A stretch of 64,000 nt of DNA from Ramazzottius varieornatus (lineage: Eukaryota; Animalia; Tardigrada). This document shows, piece after piece, positions 22,801 through 37,000 of this stretch; positions within the stretch are counted from its first letter, which is position 1, and every line of letters starts with the position of its first letter. Position numbers and translations under genes: made by a program. The notes beneath the pieces were generated by a model. That model did not search any database, had not been told where the DNA came from, and was given only the letters and a program-made list of their open reading frames with translations. The stretch is from positions 2,173,663-2,237,662 of the forward strand of contig BDGG01000003.1 of the NCBI GenBank assembly GCA_001949185.1, written 5' to 3'.

Positions 22801-25800
22801 GATTCGCCATTTCATCGATCAGTAAAGTATGTAGAGGGCACGTGCTTTTAGAACACCAGTTATTCATCATTATTCCGCATGAAGAAAACTCCATGTCGAA
22901 CTCCAGTGCGTAAATAATACTAAATATACCATTCGACGGTGTTGCGTACGTGACTAGAATTTCCTGGTCTTTCTTCGGGTGCCTCAGGATCGATAATTCC
23001 GGGAGTAAAAATGCCGGAACCTCGCGGTACTTGTTGGAAAAGCTTTAATCCAATCAAAGTAACTTCCCCTGGACATATCCCTCGCTCACGTCAACGTGAC
23101 AAACGAACCAAGGGCGGCAATCGAAATCCTTAAGCAAAGGGCCACGCGAGCGTCTCTTCGGGAGGATGGTGTACCTGCTAGCGGTTTCCACAGCAGGTCG
23201 CCCCTTTTTCATTAATCAAATTGCAGTTCGGTGTATAGCGTTGCGCTCTCTGCCCCCTGCCTCTTTCTTACCACTGATGTAAATTCTCCGTCATAATTTC
23301 TCATTCCAAGATTACACCGTTCCGCGACCTACGAACACTTTGTGAGGTTCATATGGCAGGCAGGCAGGCAAACACTGTGGGGATAATCGTCAAGTCAACT
23401 GGCGCAGTTCTCTTTGTTATTGGCCGCAGACGTGCGCCACTTGAAACAAAGACCGTCCCGAGGTTCTTTGCCGACTTCCCATGTGCGGGTGATCGTTTGA
23501 TGAGAAACATCAGGCCGCTTTGAGTCCCACGGTCCCTGTTTGAACTCTCATCCCAATTTGATACATAGACACTAGACAATGCACTGGAATACCAGTAAAT
23601 TTTCTAACCAAACGTCAAACGCCATTTCTGGACTACATACAGTATATTAGGGTCAGAATTCTAAAATGACCGTTTAGTTCTTTGAATTGGGTATCAATTG
23701 AAAAATGTGATTGTGCGAGAATGCCCAAGTGTGCGACATTCCGTCTATACTTTGCCAGTTGACGTCGCATTATTCGCAAATAAATTTGCAGCGATACCAT
23801 CTGCCCGTCTACATTACAAAATAATCGATGGTGGTCGATGGCAAGCTTTCGTCTCAGCGCGAGCTTTCTTTCTGCAAGTCGAACACGCAAACTTCATTTG
23901 GTACAGTTGGCGCGACGTGTGGGAGAGGAGAAGGATAAGGAGCTGAAGTTGGAGCTCGCTTGAGCGAGTGATTCCTTAGCCTTCAGCCAGGCAAGACGGC
24001 TGCATATATCAGTATTAAAGACGTCTTCCACCCGAATTACGACCGGAAGCCCGCCCAAATTACAGAGCAATGTACATCCGGCTGTCAACGTTCTACGTTA
24101 AGGAAACGTTACCGCTTGGCCCTCATGACATTGCTTGATAACATGACGACGCTGGACAAGAAATTTTTTCATCCCCGCTTTCTAATTTACATTCTGATCA
24201 CTTTCCAACAAAGGCTTCTCAGACCTTCCTGCTGAATTCATCGAATGGCACTATTTCAGCATAACAAATTATTTTGATTGAATTGCTTAAATCAAGGTGT
24301 GTTCGTCGCTAACCGCTTCCGTGCGCGATACATTAAATTCAATTACGGTAACAGAATATCCGAAGATTTTGCCCTCGTGCTTTCAAATGATTGCTGGGCA
24401 TATACGGAGTATAATATCATTATTCCAAGTGGCGCACCGTTCCAGCCAGTATTACTGCAATAGTGCGCCACTTACAGAAATAATTTTGTCGATGCTGTTG
24501 TCCCAAATGACGCCCTTTTCCATTAATGACTGTGTGCGCTTTGTTTGCTCAGCTCCCAAATGAGGAAACACGAACTCTCAGCGTTGCTTACCGCGTAGCA
24601 GGTACTTTGTAGTCGACCAGCTTGACGTTGAGGTCTTTGGGCACAATTAGGGCGACGAAAAACGTGACGAGCCAGGTACCATTGCAGTCCAGATAGGGTT
24701 CTACAGATAAAGAAAAAACACCGCTGTGTCAACGTCAGCAGGGAGAAAGCCCTACTATCGTAATGAGGGCAATAATCAAGTTGGCGAATATCACATCCCC
24801 CACGCGCTTAATGACTTTAGCCGACAGAGGGTCCATCTTTTCTTTTTATATACTCTTCTGCTCATCTTACACTATGCCTATTCCTTCATTCGTAATCTTT
24901 CCTACTCACGCACCGCTAAAGCCCAGCAAAAGCCCCACACCGAGCACTCAATTCAACAAACAACTGCTGACCAGAACTTGACGGGAAATTCCGCGTTTTA
25001 GAAGCTTTTCCGAAGTGGCGCACGTTCGCTGAATGTGTGCGCCACTTGTGAAAAATTTCCGTATACGCGGTTTGGGTTCTCCGCGGGAAGATATTCAAGC
25101 AAAGGTTTGTAATTACGGTCCTCTTCCGTCTGTAGAGTCGGGTGCTCCTTTTTCCATTTCAAGCGCTTTTGTGACACAAAACGGAGCAATATACTCACCA
25201 GACCATGTTGATCGTTGTACAGTGGCGTCATTGCCTTTTTCCTGCAGTTGCATAGCCGCATCCTTTATTAGCGCCTGCATATTGCGTGGTTTCTCCAGCC
25301 ATGTTTGTACAGCGTTGCCCGAGTTGGCCAGGCTGTTCTTCTTGTAATACTGGCAGATGACATTGTTGGCTAAAGCGATCACTTCCGGTAGGCTTGCGGA
25401 CCCGTCCTCTCGTTGGAACCGACAGAGATGCGCGGCTTTGATGCGAGCCTCGGTGTCCAGTAAAATGCCGACGGCAGTTCGCGCAATAGACTCAAGAGCA
25501 TCCCATCGCGCGGCTAAAGAGGGCAAAGTGTCTAATCCACTTGGATGCGACAAGAAGCCATTTAGAAAGCGAACAAGATGTGTCACTGCTCGCATCTCTT
25601 GGGCAAACTGCCTGGCTAGCAACCCGGCAGGCAAGGACAAGTTGAAGACCGATAAAAGGTGCGGACACTCGATCGAACTGGCATCGCTCTTAGAAGACAC
25701 GCGATCTTCAATTAACTTCATACGATGGACGATGCTGGATAATAAATCCATTTCGGCCTTGATCTTCGCCGTGGGAAGCCATACCAGGCAGCACAGCATG

Positions 25801-25820
25801 GCGACGGAGGGTATCTGCAT
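19900..25820 (-). CDS. GPR158/GPR179-like class C orphan GPCR (multi-exon)
   Basis: Signal peptide at 25820. Cache-like exons (EPYLDCNGTWLVTF at ~24592-24700; GVLAIDI..DVNQC at ~22105-22244), Cys-rich 'GFRRGSYQCRCRPGFY', TM exons 'PWLREMGFVFLYCAIILKLY' and 'EFRTRKAH', and C-terminal 'EIRMELRRLYAQMQVLKTKAMRQDNPHISKKKGGRK'. Confidence 0.88.
20522..20645. repeat. Palindromic element copy 7 (GPR158-like intron)
   Basis: aattgggacgtcagcaaat..tttcccaagtggcgcac..cgcgccacttgaaa. Confidence 0.8.
21358..21487. repeat. Palindromic element copy 8 (GPR158-like intron)
   Basis: cagtggcgcacgctatcgaccagtaacaaagagaacgtgcgccgcttg..gcgatct. Confidence 0.8.
23366..23482. repeat. Palindromic element copy 9 (GPR158-like intron)
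   Basis: aactggcgcagttctctttgttattggccgcagacgtgcgccacttg..tttgccgacttccca. Confidence 0.75.
24391..24508. repeat. Palindromic element copy 10 (GPR158-like intron)
   Basis: ttccaagtggcgcaccgttccagccagtattactgcaatagtgcgccactta. Confidence 0.8.
24981..25062. repeat. Palindromic element copy 11, short-spacer variant (GPR158-like intron)
   Basis: ttttccgaagtggcgcacgttcgctgaatgtgtgcgccacttgtgaaaa. Confidence 0.8.
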
Positions 25821-27410
25821 TGTGATGACTGGGATCGAGGACCTCTTGATTTCCCTGTCGGATCAGAAACGCCGCGCAATCAAGATACTAGCGCGCAATC
25901 AGCCATATGTCGATACTTCCACAAGGTCACCTGCTGGGCTACGTGTACGTGTCGACTACGCAACAGGCATCCCCATGACAGATCTCCAAGCGAGCTGGAG
26001 CTTTGGCTCGTACGCTGGTATAACACGATCAATTGCGGCTTGAGATTATCGATAAGTCATTATGGACGTTTGCCACGACCACAATGATTAATTTTGATCA
26101 TGATGTGGAGCAAAGAGCAGGTCACAAATGTCACGATGGGGCTTCTCTCCAAAGAATGAATATAAACTACATACAGGCTGGAGGAGACTGCAGATGAATT
26201 ATTCAACTGTACGTTAGAGACTGCAAGTTGACATCGAAGAAGAAAAAAACTCGGCGAGTTGGAGGCATACGTCAGTTCGCCGATAAATCGGAAGGATACA
26301 TTACGTACGGCAACGTATCAACCGTCTCTTTGCTGGGAGCGACGCTTGCCGATCTAGAAAACACGAGCAACGAGACGCAGCAAGGCCGCTGGGATCTGAA
26401 AGAGAGTCTAAAGCTTTAGTATGCTTCTTGAGTCTCGGGTAACAGTTAATTCCAGTAGACTTGCCCATCCAGTTCTCTTCCTGTCGGTCGTCACATTAAT
26501 CCATCAGGGCCCTGACGTCGACGTCGATTGCCTGCCTGGGCATGCCTGACTGCTGAGTATCCCTTCACTAGGAAAGAAGTTTAGCCATGCGAGAGAGCAT
26601 TCACCGCTCGCATGCGCGGATGAAACGTACTCTGCTCTGGATACTTTAGCCCGGCTCTTGCTGGGGAACCCTAGCTTGTATCAACGAGGAAGGCGTGCTT
26701 TGTGCCATATTGTACTAGCATCCTTTTCATGCCTGTCTCACTTGGATAGGCACATGGATTACATAAATTGCTGGTTCGTACAAGAGCTTGTAAAGAGTGC
26801 TGGCAGTGTTTGCTTACCGGACGAGTTCGCTGCTTCCCGACCACATCTGTCCCAGTTTTAATCATTGCGCTGCTTCATCGAGGTCGTAAATTTTCCTCAC
26901 AGCTACGCTCGCTGATTAGTTCTCTCCTCCTGTCAAAACGATCCGAGTATCCGAGTAACCAGAGATATAAAATTATCTTGCTTGTTCTTCTCCACAACTT
27001 TCATCGGGACTTGACCGAAACAAGAAAGGTTTACTTGACGCGTTGGGTCTTCCTACGCAGTACTAGGTAGGGTCCTCTTTCCGTAAACTGACGAGCGAGA
27101 AACAGAACGGCAAGAGCGGTACCTCGGATGGCTTAATTCTAAAAAGCTTATCCTGAGCATTTTTTCTTCCTCTTGTGATATGTTTGGGCGGAACAGCGCG
27201 CAGTGCCTGCTCTAGCCAGTCGCAGTAGTTTCGTCCAGCTTGCCGCATCTTGCTATCGATTTTCCCGTCCTGGAACAAACTTATCTGTTCTCTTACCCAT
27301 AAAAGCGTATATGAATGATGCAGTAGACAGTAATGATCTGCCTTCTCGACCTATATGTAAGAGTTTTCGCCAGTTTACCATCAGGTAACCTACGTACTAA
27401 ACCTTTGGTA

Positions 27411-27735
27411 CACGCACGACGAGATATTACGAGCCAGTAAAAATTACGGGCCAGGCGGGAAATACGGCAAATTTACAATTTGTGTGGAAGTCAGAAACAG
27501 AAATCGGACAACTGACGTAACGTAGTGAAATTCAACCGTAGAAAATNNNNNNNNNNNNNNNNNNNNNNNNNNNNNNNNNNNNNNNNNNNNNNNNNNCCCA
27601 ATATCCCGCACGTACGTACAGCAGTGCAACCTTCGATGTGGTTTTTACTTGAAGCAAGAATCACCTGCCCGTGCCGCCGTAGCGAATAAGCCTGGTCCGT
27701 AATTTTAACTGGCCCGTAATATCTCGTCGTGCGTG
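27411..27735. mobile_element. MITE with ~46-bp TIRs (CACGCACGACGAGATATTACG..), TA TSD, spanning the assembly gap
   Basis: Inverted repeats at 27411-27456 and 27690-27735. TA at 27409-10 and 27736-37. Confidence 0.85.
27547..27596. other. Assembly gap (50 N)
   Basis: Run of n characters. Confidence 1.
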
Positions 27736-29508
27736 TACAGATTTTGGGTTTCCGGGATGTCTTTACTGGGACTAAAAGGATATACCAGCAAGGACAATTT
27801 GAGGCCGCTTTATAGGATACTGTGCAAGAGCAGGCCTTGTAAGAACGATGGATTTACATGGCCGGATGTTCATGACCTCGACGAGCAAGGACTGTAACGG
27901 TAAAGTGCTCGCTGCAAACGATCTGTTGCTGGAGATGAATACGGATGCGTTTTTCCCGACAGAAAACTTCCGTTGTAAGGTCCAGGTTTTCATTCGGGAA
28001 AATATCAATTTCTTCAGACCAAACGCCGAATGAGCTCAAAAAAAGCGATTGGAATGATTTCGCTTGATAGTCAAACGGAAGCTTCCGATGAGGATCTTCA
28101 AGCTCATTAGACGTACACTGTATGAGTTCGATGGAGAATACCATGAACGTTGCCTCTACCACGTACTCTGTCGTGTATTCCGGCTCGTTCCTTATATTAA
28201 TACTTGCACGCAGATTTCATTCAGCCCACGACTGTACTACTTTCAATGGAGATATCAAACCGTTGAGCTGGATGTAAAGTGTTTGACAAACCGTGACGTT
28301 TTTATTACGAGATATCGGGGATCAGTACAGTTAGTCTTGTGGACGAAGTACAGCAAGCTCACAGATCTACAGTCCAGACTTCAGACGGTGTAGAGGATTA
28401 TAGATGTGCACTTTTAAGAGAAGAGCGCTTACTATTGTCCAGATCCCTGGCCATGGTTGGCTCTTCCAGCATCATCGCACAGGAGGTTCACTTCATTGTC
28501 GCCGTTTCCTTCATGTCGAGAGCGAGATTACCTTCCTTCTTTTCCAGTCCCGCCATACCCCCCCCCCCCTCTTGTGCGATCCGTGCTTATACCGTGACCA
28601 CCACCACTTAGTGGCCAGTGTTCATTACACTGTCCTCTATATCCGCCACCATTGCGTTCATTGTACCGGTATCGACCACCGCAACCTTCACTGTACAGCA
28701 GCTCACTGCTATGGCTGCGTCCACCATGGCTCACAGCCGCTTTCTTTCCGCTTCCCGCGTTTGGACCTTGTCGCTGGTTTCTACCGTTTTTACCTAACTG
28801 CCGGATATTAAAATGGCGATGTTTTTATTTTACCAGCAAACATCGCCACTTTTACTTTATGTGAGATAGAGCCAGGGAGGAAAGATAGCCGTATTCACCA
28901 GATTAGCCGGCGGCCCTGAAGGTGGCCAGAGAAAGGCCACCACGAGTACAACTCAGCCAGCTGAGCTTCCTTCCGGGAAATTTTGCCGACCGCCCGGTAG
29001 CCACTTCTGGTGAAACTTAGAAAAAAGTTCACGATCAAACAGCTGCAATCAGCTTATACAGGTTCCGCACGTAACCTACACATGGTGTGCGCGGTTCTTG
29101 TCGGTATTTCGAGGCCTGCTACTGCGTATCACAGCGCGAATCGCCCAAGAACCGAAAAATTTCAGCAGCTGAGTCACCAAAGCTGGAGGCACTTACTTAG
29201 CTTTCTTGGAAAACGGCGAACCAGACAGTGGGCTCATGCTTACAGAACTTCCTCATCTTACAGTCCGCACCATTTAGCTGCTCATAAATTACTGCAAACG
29301 GACATACATATGGTTTTCTCATGGTTTTATTCACTCTTGATAGCCACCACCCCTTCCAAGTAAGATGAAAACCATGGGAGCAAATTCGATTTTGTTGAAT
29401 CTAGCATGACTATGACGAGTACCAACTGTCATGGCAGTTCGAATGAGCAAAACAAAGACTTTGAGGGAAATACTATCGACTGGTAGACAGAAAACCAGTT
29501 GCTCGAAT

Positions 29509-30240
29509 TTACTGTTGAGTTTGGTCCTGGGTTTGGCTCTGGTCGACGCCGTCCTGGGTTCTTCCAGCTTGAGCTTGACCTGCCGGCTGGACGACGATTT
29601 CGGCGCTTCGGACATTGGGAGCACGGGCAGGCAGGGTGTTGACTCGGAGTTGGCCACCAGCGGGGCGAGGACGGGCCTGAATTCGACTAGCGGAAGCTTG
29701 GGGACGTTGTTGAGCAGTTGGTTGACCAGCTTGACTACCGGCGCCGCCGACAGCTTGTTGGTCAGCGGCTTGTTGGGCTCGTTGAGCGGGAGTCAGGTAA
29801 TCAGCGGGGGGAGTATCGAAGAGGGGCAGGTCAGTGTAGAGACGGCTGTTGGCGTAGCTCTCGTACTGAGGAGAGTTGGCGCAGTCAACGTTGTACCAGG
29901 CGTCGCAGATGAGGGTGATCTGGTTGAAGATCGTGGAGTTGACGCACAGGTAAGAAGTCATGTTTCCGTTGATGTCGCATCGGTGGAAGACCTGGCATTG
30001 GGCGTCAACGTCAGCATAGAATCCAACGCGACCGTTGCAAGCAAAGCTGGTTTGGGGGATCCCGTTGTAGGTTGGGTAGTTGTTGGCATCACGAGAAGCC
30101 AAGAGGATCTCCACTTCCCCGGCAGTCAGGGCAGGTTTCAACAGGTCCCAGACGAACTGGCCTTGGAAGCGGTTGTTGTTGTTGCCACCGGTCTGGGCAG
30201 CGGCGAAGCCGACGAGAGCGAGGAGAACGAGGCACTTCAT
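29509..30240 (-). CDS. Secreted chitin-binding type-2 (peritrophin-A, CPAP1-like) protein with Gln/Ala-rich tail, single exon
   Basis: MKCLVLLALVGFAAA signal peptide, then the six-Cys domain TSFAC..GFYADVDAQCQVFHRC..SYLCVNSTIFNQITLICDAWYNVDC. Confidence 0.92.
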   Translation of the reverse strand: MKCLVLLALVGFAAAQTGGNNNNRFQGQFVWDLLKPALTAGEVEILLASRDANNYPTYNGIPQTSFACNGRVGFYADVDAQCQVFHRCDINGNMTSYLCVNSTIFNQITLICDAWYNVDCANSPQYESYANSRLYTDLPLFDTPPADYLTPAQRAQQAADQQAVGGAGSQAGQPTAQQRPQASASRIQARPRPAGGQLRVNTLPARAPNVRSAEIVVQPAGQAQAGRTQDGVDQSQTQDQTQQ

Positions 30241-30333
30241 GGTAAGGCTGGATGAGCACCCGAGAAGTTGTCGAGAGCTAGGAAAGCGAAAGGAAACTGA
30301 AGAGTGGAATGGTTTTTTCAGCTTCATTACACT

Positions 30334-30342
30334 CTTTTTATA
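30334..30342 (-). promoter_or_regulatory. TATA box of the chitin-binding gene
   Basis: TATAAAAAG on the - strand, ~95 nt upstream of the ATG at 30240. Confidence 0.55.
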
Positions 30343-31074
30343 CCAGACTCAGTATCGCTTACCTCAGACAGCGTGATTTCTGCATCGCACCAGCCAACAC
30401 GCGACAATACACGGGCTCCAGTGCCTGCGGGAGAATTCTTGAGCAGGTTTGGCCTCCATGACGGTCGCCGTCTCGATCATGCTCGGCTGGAGTGTCGGCA
30501 CTGTTGCGACATGGTTGATCCATTAAGACTTTTTCTTGCATCATAAAGCCGTTGTTTGGCATCCATACCTTCGTCAAGTTGAAGTTTTTCGAGGTGCGGA
30601 GCAGGTTCGGGCAGACATAATGTCGCAACCTATTGTTTGCTAATTTCCGTCTTCCAGCTAGTGACTGTACCCATGCCGCGACAGGAGGGTTTATTGTGTA
30701 TTATGTATGACCGCGTTTCCTAATTTGGCAGGCTCTTGGACCTCGACCGAATTTATTTATCATCCATAACCATTGTTGAGTCTCGATACCATATCACCCG
30801 TACACCACATTGACTTGGTTTCCCCGACTTTCAAAGACAATGGAAGTCCCCAACAAGGATTACTTTACTGTTTTTTTATAATACGTTCCTAATACAGTAT
30901 CACAACGAAAGAATTGAACCTGTAACATAATCTTGTAAACGAACAAGTAAGCTGCATGTTTTCGAAAGCTGTGCCAGTTTGTAAAGGGTATCGTTAGAAT
31001 TCAGGAAACATCGAGTTCCAACAGTGACGAAACGAGAGAAGATAAAACTAAAAACCACATCCTCAAAAAACAGA

Positions 31075-34000
31075 TCACTTGCTGACTGTAAGTACAAGAT
31101 TGTGCAAAATGGACTGCAGATCACTGTAAGGAGGAGGCGAAGCGCTACTTTTGGTCACAATGTGCTTGGCTACACAAGTCTGGAGTTGCGTCAACAGCTC
31201 GCGCAACTTGAAGCGGGCATGCGGCGTGATCATATCCAGGTAGGCTGAGCAAGAACCCACCACCGACGAACATCGTTCTTGAACGACAGGGAAATCCCCA
31301 CCAGAAGCTTCATCTAAAAACTCCATCAAAGACTTTAGCTCAGAAAGTAACTGTTCTTGACTCGGTGGTACTTGGTCCTCCGAAGGATGTTCTCTTTCAC
31401 AGTGCGCCGTGTTCTTCTGCGAGACTTTCGGTTTTGAAGGCAGCGACGGACGTGACTTTAGACTTCCACTCCTCGTTTCCCACATCTGTAACCTGTTTCG
31501 AACACCGGAGGAGTCGGTGGAAGAGGAATCTGAGGAAGGAGGAGACCCGCTGAATTCTGGTGGCGGCGGAGGGAAGAATTCCATTGCGCCATTGAGCTCG
31601 TCTCTTGGTTCCGTGATTAATTCTCCGGGTGATTCATCGTTTGTTTCGATCTTCACAGGCTTTCTGTACTGTAACAACGGTGCTTTCGCCGGGACTTTCG
31701 GTGGCTCTTTCAAGCGGCCATGTTCGAAGTCGAACGTGCGGACTTCTGTCTCACTATGGAAGCCATTTGTAGGTGCGGAATGCGGTGGCTTCCTTCCTAA
31801 GGTACCGCTCTTGAATTTGAACGTCTTGACTTCAGTTTCTGGACCGGTTTTCGGTGAGCTGCTTGGCGCCTGCTGATAACTGTTGGTGGAAGTGCTTCCA
31901 CTATTCACCTTATTTTTTTCACCATTCCTGCTTCGAGGCTGACTGAGTGGAGAGTTATATGGCCCCATGTTTTGAGATATGGTGGCTGTCGCTGTCAAAT
32001 TTGGCCCACTTTGATGATGGAACCCATTGGTATGATTCTCGTTCGATTTCGTATTCTCGGTTGGAAAATCGGCTGACGATATTTTGTAGTTTTGTGTGTG
32101 TTTCGGATGACCGTTCGTGAACGAGAAGCCATTTTTGCTACTTGGAAGAGGCGAAGAGGGACTTTCGAGTGGGGGAGGTGGCGGCAAGTGGAAGGAAGGC
32201 GTGGGAGGCGACTGCGACACGGGACTTGTCACTTCTTCACCGTTGTTTGAGGAGGCAGCTACTTCCGTGGGTCGTTGGTACTTGGGCGGACTAGGCACCC
32301 GGAACTTCGGCCGGATTGCAGAAGTGTTGGCTGTGATGGTGGATGAGTAAATTTTGCCGACTTGACCGGCCTTTGCTACTTTGAGTTTCGCCAGTGGAGG
32401 TTTATCGGCAGGTGGCGCTGGCTTCTTGATGACGTCTTTGGTGTTCTCTGGTTTGTCCATGTCGGACTTCTCTCGCTTGACACCGGTCCGGTTTTCGGGT
32501 TCCGGACTAGTTTGTGTGGCTGAAGTAGACATGGAAGGAGACTTGGGGAGTGGAAGAAGACCTCCTAAACGATAATGAGAAGTTAAAAAAACTCGGTCAA
32601 AATTACGTCCAAAATCATTGCGAGTAGAAAAACCTTTCGGAGGGAAAAAGAACCAAAACTAAACAAAGCTTACCGTGGCGCTCTTCGTCGCTTTCAGTTT
32701 CGGGAAGAGGCTCTTCCCTTGGAACGACATCCGGCTGAGTCTTCTTGTTGACTTTGGTCCGTCTGAAAGACTCGACAAATCCGGTAGACGGTGCTGCTAA
32801 CTTCACCGACGAGCCTTTGGGTAACGTGCCTCCCCACTTCTGGACGGTCTCCTTGACATGCCTCGCTTCCATGTTGGCCACCTGGGTATCGGCGTCACGC
32901 ATTTCCTTGACCAGGTTGGTGGTCGATCGTGCTGGCTTCGGCGCTTTGGTTGGCTTCGGCGATGTGACGGTCTCGACCATCTCGAAGCTGCCGGAATCTG
33001 ACAGTTCGTCAAGGTCCTCTTCGGGAAGGTTTTTGAGCTTGGGCTGGGAGGAATCGATGTCAAATTCATCGGGTGATGCTAGCCCTTTGCGATCGCGGAA
33101 GGAACTGGTGCGGCGAGGAGGTGTCGGTGGCATGGTCTTGCCACGGGGAGAAACGCGGCCAACTGTCATTGTGCTGGTCTCCATCACGGCGACACTCCGA
33201 CGGCCTTTTTGAGGAGGCTTCTTGCTACACGTGCCTTTCCGTCCCATCGACAACCTAGAGTAACCAATTTCCTTGCTCAAACCATCTGGGACAACGGTAC
33301 ATACACAGCGACCGACTTTCATCCACCTGTATACATATACTCCGCGCTCCGTTTAAGCTGTACTGTATGCAGGTGCATGGTACGTCAGTGCGTCGTCGCA
33401 CCAGCATACTCTCATAACACGAGAACCGTATAAACCACTACATGCAGGTTTGTGACAGATCAACATACTCAATTTGCCGACCACCTAAAATCTTATGGGA
33501 TGTTTTCCATGCTAAATTTGAAAGTTACCTTGCGTCGAGAGTGGACATTTTCCGGGCATCACCACCAGCCATTCTTGGGTTGACACTCTGACCCATGCTT
33601 TCCAGCCGTTGGTTGATCTCTTTAAAGTTGGGTCGATCGATGGCTTTCCATTGCCAGCACTCTAGCATCAGCTGGTAAACGGGAGCAGGGCAGCCTCGCG
33701 GCGCTTCCATTCTGTAGCCACTTTCGATCTTATGGTACACATCGGCAATATCTACCGAGGGATAGGGCGTGTCGCCATAAGTGGCAATCTCCCACAGGAG
33801 GATACCAAAAGACCAGACGTCAGACTTGTTGGAAAACTGATTGTATGCCAGACCCTCGGGTGCTGTCCATTTGATGGGAAACTTGGCTCCAGCTCGAGCT
33901 GTGTATGTATCGTCCCGAATAAACCTAGAAATAAATTCAAAGTCAAGCACTGAGCAAAAAGTACTCGTACTGTACTAGGAAAAAATCCTAACTTTTCTAG

Positions 34001-37000
34001 CGCATTCAACTTTGCTAGCATACGTCACGAGAAATTTGTAGGCACTTTAAGCTTGCGACGTAGGCATGACGTATACTAGCAAAAGTTGTATACGCTAGCA
34101 AAGTTAGGACCTTTCTTCGTACTGTGGTCACCGGCAAACGATTGAACGAGATCGTTTTCCCACATGGCGCACGCTTACAGCCAATAACAATGAAAACGTG
34201 CGCTACTTGATGTGACGATCTGGTTCAGCTGAAAATTACGAGTACGAACCTGGCGAGCCCAAAGTCCGCTACTTTGATCAGGTGGTTCTCTCCTACGAGG
34301 CAGTTTCTGGCAGCCAAATCCCGATGGATGAATTGCCGCTCTTCCAAGTACGCCATGGCAGACGACACTTGTGAGGCGATGTGCATGAGCGTTACACCCG
34401 TCAGCTTCTTGCTTTCTGTCCGTCGCAGATAGTCCAGCAGGTTCCCATGCTTCATGAACTCGGTGACTATGTAGAAGGGCGGTTCCCGTGTGCAGACGCC
34501 CAACAGACTGATGAGGTTGGGGTGGCGCATCTCCTTCATGATGGCCGCTTCTTCGAGGAACTCTTTCAATGCCATCGTGTCTTCCCGAAGGGTTTTCACC
34601 GCTACGGCCTTGTTGTACTTCTTCCAGACAGCTTCGTAGACTTCACCATACTGACCGGCACCGAGCTTGTGGCGCATGGCGATGTCGGTCCTTGGAATTT
34701 CCCATACGTCAGACTCACAGGCGCTGGAAAACGGAAATTGTTAATCCCAACGAATGGACTGACGACCGAACTGATTCGTACCTGGCAGAGAAAGGCGACT
34801 GTTTGGTCCTCTTGGGAGTCGGGTAAATTAAGTTACATACGAGGCCATCTGCATGGTAGCAGTGGTGGCGGACTAGACGTGAAAGACTCTTAAACTGGCT
34901 TTCGGAGGAAATGAACAAGCGACCCTCAGGACCTTGGTTGATCCTGTAATGGTACACCCGGCCTTCGTACCGAAGGGAGATTGACCACTGCCCGACATTC
35001 GATTCGGACTCGCGGACAAGGAAGCTGCCATTGATACCACTGCTGAGAAGGAACTCTGCATCGCTCCGGCTAATCTTGCCGTGATACCTAAAACGACCAA
35101 AAGAATCCATGAAGAAAGACGATCAGTGGGTGACGGTATGCGAGGTACTGGACAGAACAGAACTCGGGTATAAAACTCAGTGGTGCGCAAGGTCATGTGG
35201 GGAATGCGCGTTTCTTCCGTGAAAACAACCCAGAGGGATGATGCGTGACCCAGATAAGTTCGCGCAAATATAAGGAACAAACGAAAACAAATCGATAAAT
35301 ATGCTATCGAAACCCCCAATCGATTTCCATCAAGTGTCGCGAGGTAAAAGCACACGTTGACGTACCAATTACAGTTGTCGAGACTGGAAATGGGTGTAAT
35401 GTAGTTGGAAGGGACCCAGCCGACGGTGCCGGTGGGCAACAGCTCGGCTTCACACCATTCTTGCGTTGAATTGTAGGCAATCACACGCAGCTGTTGACCT
35501 ACAAAGACAAAAAGGGAATTCAGTCAATTCAGCTTGTTCGGCTACCCCCACTGCAAACCCCATGTGTACTCTATAAACATGGCCGCCAGCCAAGGCGCCC
35601 AAGTGCTGCTGATTCAAGAAACCCCAAATCAAAATTGAAGGAAATAATGTACTCCCACGCTGCATCGATCCAGCATCCTTAGCTTTACTTGGCAGCACTT
35701 TACGTATCACAACTTCAAGCTGTCAGCAAACTCACGTGTGCTTCCAACCGCAACGTTTCCAGCTCGAAAAGCATAACACAAGAAATCCTTTCACTACACG
35801 CCACAAGTTATTTTAATTCCGACAGCTGTTACGGGAACGAGTTTTCACACGAACCGGAGTCGCCCTTCCAAATTTCACTGTAAATCCGAGGTTACATTTC
35901 CACAGGTTTTTACAGGTTTCTAGACAAAACCATTTCCATAGGTTTTTTAATATCGTCCTGAGAACTTTTCTATTCTTCGACCTGTGCTGTGAGCGAATAC
36001 TGACATCGCCCGTACGATTTCAAGCTGACAAACTTTGCATACAAAACCTGCCATCGGCTCTGACATGAAGCGTCCGTTCTCACTTGTGAAAGACACAACA
36101 AGCAAAGGTTAGAAACCTAACGTCCAAATAAATCCATAAATTTTAGACAGGTATTCGAACTCGGACTCTCTACCTTTGCGAAGATGTAGCTGCTTATCGG
36201 CCACCGGGTTGAAGTCATACAGAGCGGTGAACAACGGTGCAGAGTCCTCGCAAACCGATTCGCCATCGGAAAAGAGGTTCTCCTTGGACAGCCACCTCGT
36301 TTGGTCCATCAAAGTGCTACTTGCCGTCGTAATGATGCTTTCAGTATCGGAAAGGGATCCCGTCATGCCGCAGTTGCTCCCGCATTCTCCACTTCCGGCA
36401 ACCTTCCTTGTCGTCCCCCCGGATCCCGGCGCAGCTGGTAGTGGTCGTGTTTGCAGAAGAGCTTCTGTGGAAATGAGAAGAAAACAGAGATGAGTATTTA
36501 GCAATGATTTGTAGCTGCCCTATGTTTGGCCGACCGGGTTTCCACCGTATTAACCCATATTCTCAAATTAACTCGTCAATGGAAGCAACATTGTAAAGAC
36601 CAGATTAGCTTCCATAGGAGCTGCACGCGAACTTTCTCTCTAAAATACCAGCCATTTAACCCAGACTCCACTTCTTCACTTGTTGGCCTCTTCGCCAAAA
36701 GCCACTGCTGTGCGTTCGTGACAAAAAATGGGTCGAGTGAGAACACAGTACCCATCTTTATCGTGTCCGCTACATCCGGTGCTGTGTGATGTAAGCATGG
36801 CCGGATTAAAACGATTTCCATTCACCGTCTTCTTCCCATCTGTCAAGATCCTTTTTCCACCGGTGATGCTTCAGCTTACTTCGAGCTTTCGGTGGAAAAA
36901 AATTCACTTCCGGTTCAACAACGTGTGATACCGCTGTTTGAAGAACCTCGTTTCACAAACAAACGTCGATGAGATTGAGAAACCTGATCTTCGAAGAGAT

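Noticed and set aside
27772-28811. Possible EGF-like/Thr-rich gene remnant (CKSRPCKNDG..)
   Set aside because: Multiple stops and no consistent exon structure. At best a decayed fragment that I cannot support.
29431-30255. 274-aa + strand ORF fully overlapping the chitin-binding gene
   Set aside because: Antisense shadow with no recognisable motif.
36576-36755. MGTVFS.. ORF in Abl intron 1 as an alternative myristoylated first exon
   Set aside because: Only a weak phase-compatible donor (gtgaag). It would need cDNA evidence.
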